Below are positions 60,172-64,000 of a stretch of DNA of 64,000 bases, piece after piece (the stretch's first letter is position 1; every line of letters starts with the position of its first letter). The stretch is taken from positions 94,240,001 through 94,304,000 of the forward strand of contig OZ024745.1 of assembly GCA_964016885.1 (NCBI GenBank). The letters are read 5' to 3'. This stretch comes from Eledone cirrhosa (taxonomy: Eukaryota). A model generated the notes under the pieces. That model was not told the origin of the DNA. It made no database searches and was given only the letters and a program-made list of their open reading frames with translations. A program made the position numbers and the translations under genes.

Positions 60172-61165
60172 TATATATGTTCTGGCTCGTTAATTTATTA
60201 ACCTGCCATTGAACCACATTGGCATATGGTTGGACAATACATGTGTCCCTGGACGCTTTTTGCGTGTAGGGATATATACTTTATTATTATATATATATAT
60301 ATATATACACACACATATCACATATGCACACATTTGCTTCAGATATTTTTTCTCTAAAGACCTACTGCTGTCCAGCTCTCTTGAGTGTTTCTTACCATTG
60401 AATATACACACAGACACACGCACACAATAAAATAAACACACATGTACTAATATATATGTAAGCAAACAGATGGTATGAGTAGAAGATCTGACCGGGCCTG
60501 AGTACCCACATCACAGTACTTATAGGGTGTCCTACGATCAGATACATTACGGTAAATGCCTGGTTTGAGGGCCACCGTAGTGATATACGCCGTGTCTTGG
60601 GCATTTAAAATCAAACGGTGCATATAAGAACTGGTTTAAATGCATGCAGTGCTTATACGGTCTTCTACTTCTACGCCAGCTACACCATGGTCACTGCCTG
60701 GTTAGAAGGTCTTAGAAGCGGTTTAAGGGGATGTTGCTTGCCGACAAACCATATATTATCAATCTTTAAAACAGCCCATTGGAAAAAGTTCTTATAACTT
60801 CTGAAAAACGAATAGTATAATATACCAAACTATCCCCCTCTCTATATCTATCAATACCTATCTCTATGAATCCTCTCACTCTATTCATTAACATCAGACT
60901 CTCCCCCTCTTTACATCAACCATACAACACTCTCTCCTAATCCCCTCGCTATATCAATTAGCACTTGATATAGAAGTGAATTACTTTGCTCCGGACTTTT
61001 ACGGATTATTGTAAAAAAAACTGTGAGTTTATTGCTCAATTTAATAACATTGTTTAGTTTAACCCCTTGCCTGGGCCGTCAGACGTTGAGTCAACTAATT
61101 TTCGCCCCTTTCTGGGGCGAAATTTTCATTTTCATCTCAAAACTGTGTAGACTTGGTATTCAGCA

Positions 61166-62874
61166 ATGGATGCCATTTCCACCTCGCACACTGTCGTGAG
61201 TGCCACGCCCACTAAGAAAAGTGGTGGAGGGAAGGTAGGAGTACAAAGCTTGCAGCCTTCCCCCCTCGCATTATCGAAAAACGTTAAAAATATTGAAACC
61301 ACGAAACTAAACCCGGTAAATAATACCAGCACCAACAACAAGAACAATGACAATAACACCACAACCAACAACTGCAACAATAGCAACACCAAGGAAAACA
61401 TGAACAATATTACCAACAGTGACAGCAACAAAAAAGACAAGACGCAAAACAATTCGTGACCTTTGGCGAAAACGGTGCTTTTAGCATCAATTCTCCACAG
61501 GAATTACGTAGAGAGGCTGTCCTGAAAACTGTGGTTTTCAGGACAATATCGAACGAAACAAGAAAACCAGCTCAATTATCAGAAAATGAAATTGAGCTGG
61601 TTCTAAAAGATGCAATGAAGGACTTAACCTTCATACAAAAAGGTAAACTGTTTGGTAGCATTTCGGTGTTAACGAACAACCAGTCAACAGCTCAAAAGTA
61701 CTCGGTATCACCCATTGTGTCCCCCCGCTTCACCTTTTTCCCCACATACAGGGGAAAAAGGACACAAAGAATAAAAATAATGAGTATCACACCAAATGTA
61801 AATATTTGGTGGATACTATGTGGAATCATTGACTTTGACGAAGACAAGATAATTTCAATAGGAAAGTCCTCCGGAGGTGTATTTGGTGGGACCAGCGTAG
61901 AAGTTCTGGTGCAAATGAGCCCAGAACGAATAGCGAATATCCCACAACGCGTGACTCTGGACGGGTTAACTTATATAAACATTTCAGTGGAGGGAAGGCG
62001 TTACCACTGCTTAAGAAGGGGTCACCTGAGGGCTTCCTGTCCTCAATTAACGAGTAAAAAAAAAAAGGCTCTTCTGCCAACCCCGAACACATCAACACAA
62101 CCACCACTACCACCACCACCACCACCACCACCACAACAACCACAACACGGAAAAATAACAACACAAAACACTGTTCCACCCAACCCCTCCCCACCTAAAA
62201 CAAATACAAAAGCAACCACAACAAAACCCCAAAATATACCCCTCCCCAACAATACGGAAGAGGACTCTGTATCAACGTCACGTAGTGACGACGAGGGAGA
62301 ACCCTTTCAACAGGTGAAAAGGAAAAAAAAAAGGCACCACATTAACAAAAATGCCACAAACACACAACCACCAGCACAAACAGAACAAACATCACAAATA
62401 AAAACCCCCACCCCTCCCCAAAACATAACACGTACTACAAAACGCAAACAAGCACAAGAACAACAAACAAAAACAAACACAACACAACAAAAACTCTATA
62501 CATACATTAACAAGAACAATAAAACGTTGATGAAAGCGATAGAAAATAACCCTTCGGTGGAAACCGAAGGGATCACTTTCACCTACGATGCGAACAAACC
62601 GCACCTAATGATGATTAGGGTCCCAACGGAAACCTATGTAACTTTGAAAAAGAACCATCCAATGCATGTGGGGACCAACTGCACCAAACCACATAACAGC
62701 GTCCTATTGAGATATTTCCCCACCTCCACACCAGACACCCACACCCCACCAAACACCCGAATCCCACCACACACTAATGTCCTCGCCCCACCACAAACAA
62801 CCACCCCACTAAACAACCCTTCCAACAACCCCATGGAAATTGTGCAGCCTGGTCCCCAGGAGACGAAGAGGTAA
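61166..62874 (+). pseudogene. ORF1 (gag-like) of an L1/Tx1-type LINE, with one frameshift near 61456
   Basis: A/C-rich coding strand, degenerate zinc knuckle (HCLRRGHLRASCP), Pro/Thr-rich region and FQQVKRKK motif. Lies directly upstream of an APE ORF. Confidence 0.75.
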
Positions 62875-62916
62875 GTAATTTCCTTTCCTCTTCCTTTTTA
62901 ACTCTTCAGCACCAAC

Positions 62917-64000
62917 ATGGCCAATATAAGAGTTGGATGTGTGAATGCACGCGGCTTGGGGATGTCCTGGAAACAGGGCAAACTCTTAAATGACCTCAGG
63001 TCGCACAGAGTGGATGTAATGGTTATTTGCGAGTCCAGGATCAGCAGCGAGCGCCAACTGGCCCCCATCTTCGACGACTTTGAGATCTACGCATCTCTCT
63101 GTCAGCCGAGGGGTGGGGGTGGGGTTGTCGTACTGCTGCAAAAACATCTGGGTCTCGCAACACAGATGGTACATTTGGACCCGGAGGGTCCACTGGTGGT
63201 TTTAGACGTCGGCAGTGGTGAAGGTGGAGCTTTCAGGCTGGTGGCAGCGTATGCCCCATCTGGGACACCGCGACCGGACTTCTTCCGACGCCTGGAGAAT
63301 TTCCTGGGAACGTCTCGCTCCTTGCTTTTAGTGGGGGACTGGAATGGTATCCTGGATGCACGTTGGGACTATGTAGAGTCATGTCCCGATAGAGGGGTGG
63401 TAACAGCCGCAAACGATTAATCGGCCGATTTGATCTGGCCGATAGATATCGACTAGATTTTCCGACTGTGCCACGGTGGACGTGGAGTAATCGCAGCGGA
63501 ACATCTAGGTCGTACATAGATAGGTTCCTAGTTAGAAATAAGGATAGGGACATATTCAGCTGTCCACGAATGTTCATGGTTGACTATTCGGATCACAAGT
63601 TGGTGACCGGAGTGGTCAACCTTGATAGAACTCATAGACAGGGACCCGGTTACTGGAAGCTAAACTTGTCTTTACCGACAAACAAAGCTTACAGTAAGCG
63701 GATTAGCGCACTAGTTAAGCAGCGTTTGACGGGGGCAATTGTCAACAACAGGTGGTGGGGCTCTCTCAAGAGAGAAATTAGAATAGAATCGATAGGTTTT
63801 AGTTAGGAATTAGCATCAGATAGGAATAGAACGGAAAGGGAATTAACAAATAGAGTAGAAGAGGCGATTAGGAGTGGAAACGTGGCCGGCGTGCTAGCGT
63901 CAAGAACGGCCCTAGACCAGTTCTTTGATGCGAAGCACGAGGGCTGCGTTGTCAGGAGTAAAATACGTGCTCTGGGTAATGAGGGAGCCAAAGCTGTTAG
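62917..64000 (+). pseudogene. ORF2 N-terminus (APE endonuclease) of an L1/Tx1-type LINE, disrupted, running off the window
   Basis: IRVGCVNARGL, ICES, AYAP, VGDWN, TWSN..SYIDRFLV, SDH and the L1/Tx1 hallmark GPGYWKLN. Confidence 0.88.

Overview
AT-rich, microsatellite-dense animal genomic DNA. The tRNA-derived SINE family and TE spectrum suggest a cephalopod or other mollusc, probably octopus (inference). One host gene is recognisable: IQCG/DRC9 (dynein regulatory complex subunit 9) on the minus strand. It has three coding exons (41354-41201, 39956-39413, 12233-11747) that join in frame to 394 aa, and its 27-kb second intron is packed with transposons. These include a Penelope-like element (PLE) with inverted pseudo-LTRs, a (TATG)n-punctuated array of R4/Dong-like and RTE LINEs, and non-autonomous Helitrons. 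Upstream of the gene lie a decayed Rep-helicase Helitron, a second PLE, several fold-back mini-elements in (TA)n, and the 5' part of an L1/Tx1-type LINE. Two things stand out. (1) There are more than ten hammerhead-ribozyme motifs, read by eye, including two with very large (92 and 116 nt) stem-II insertions and several carried by small non-coding fold-back elements. (2) A consensus 39-nt GT-AG mini-intron lies between ORF1 and ORF2 of the L1/Tx1 element, and its removal would delete both stops and fuse the ORFs in frame. Coordinates of decayed repeats are approximate, and no searches or folding programs were run.
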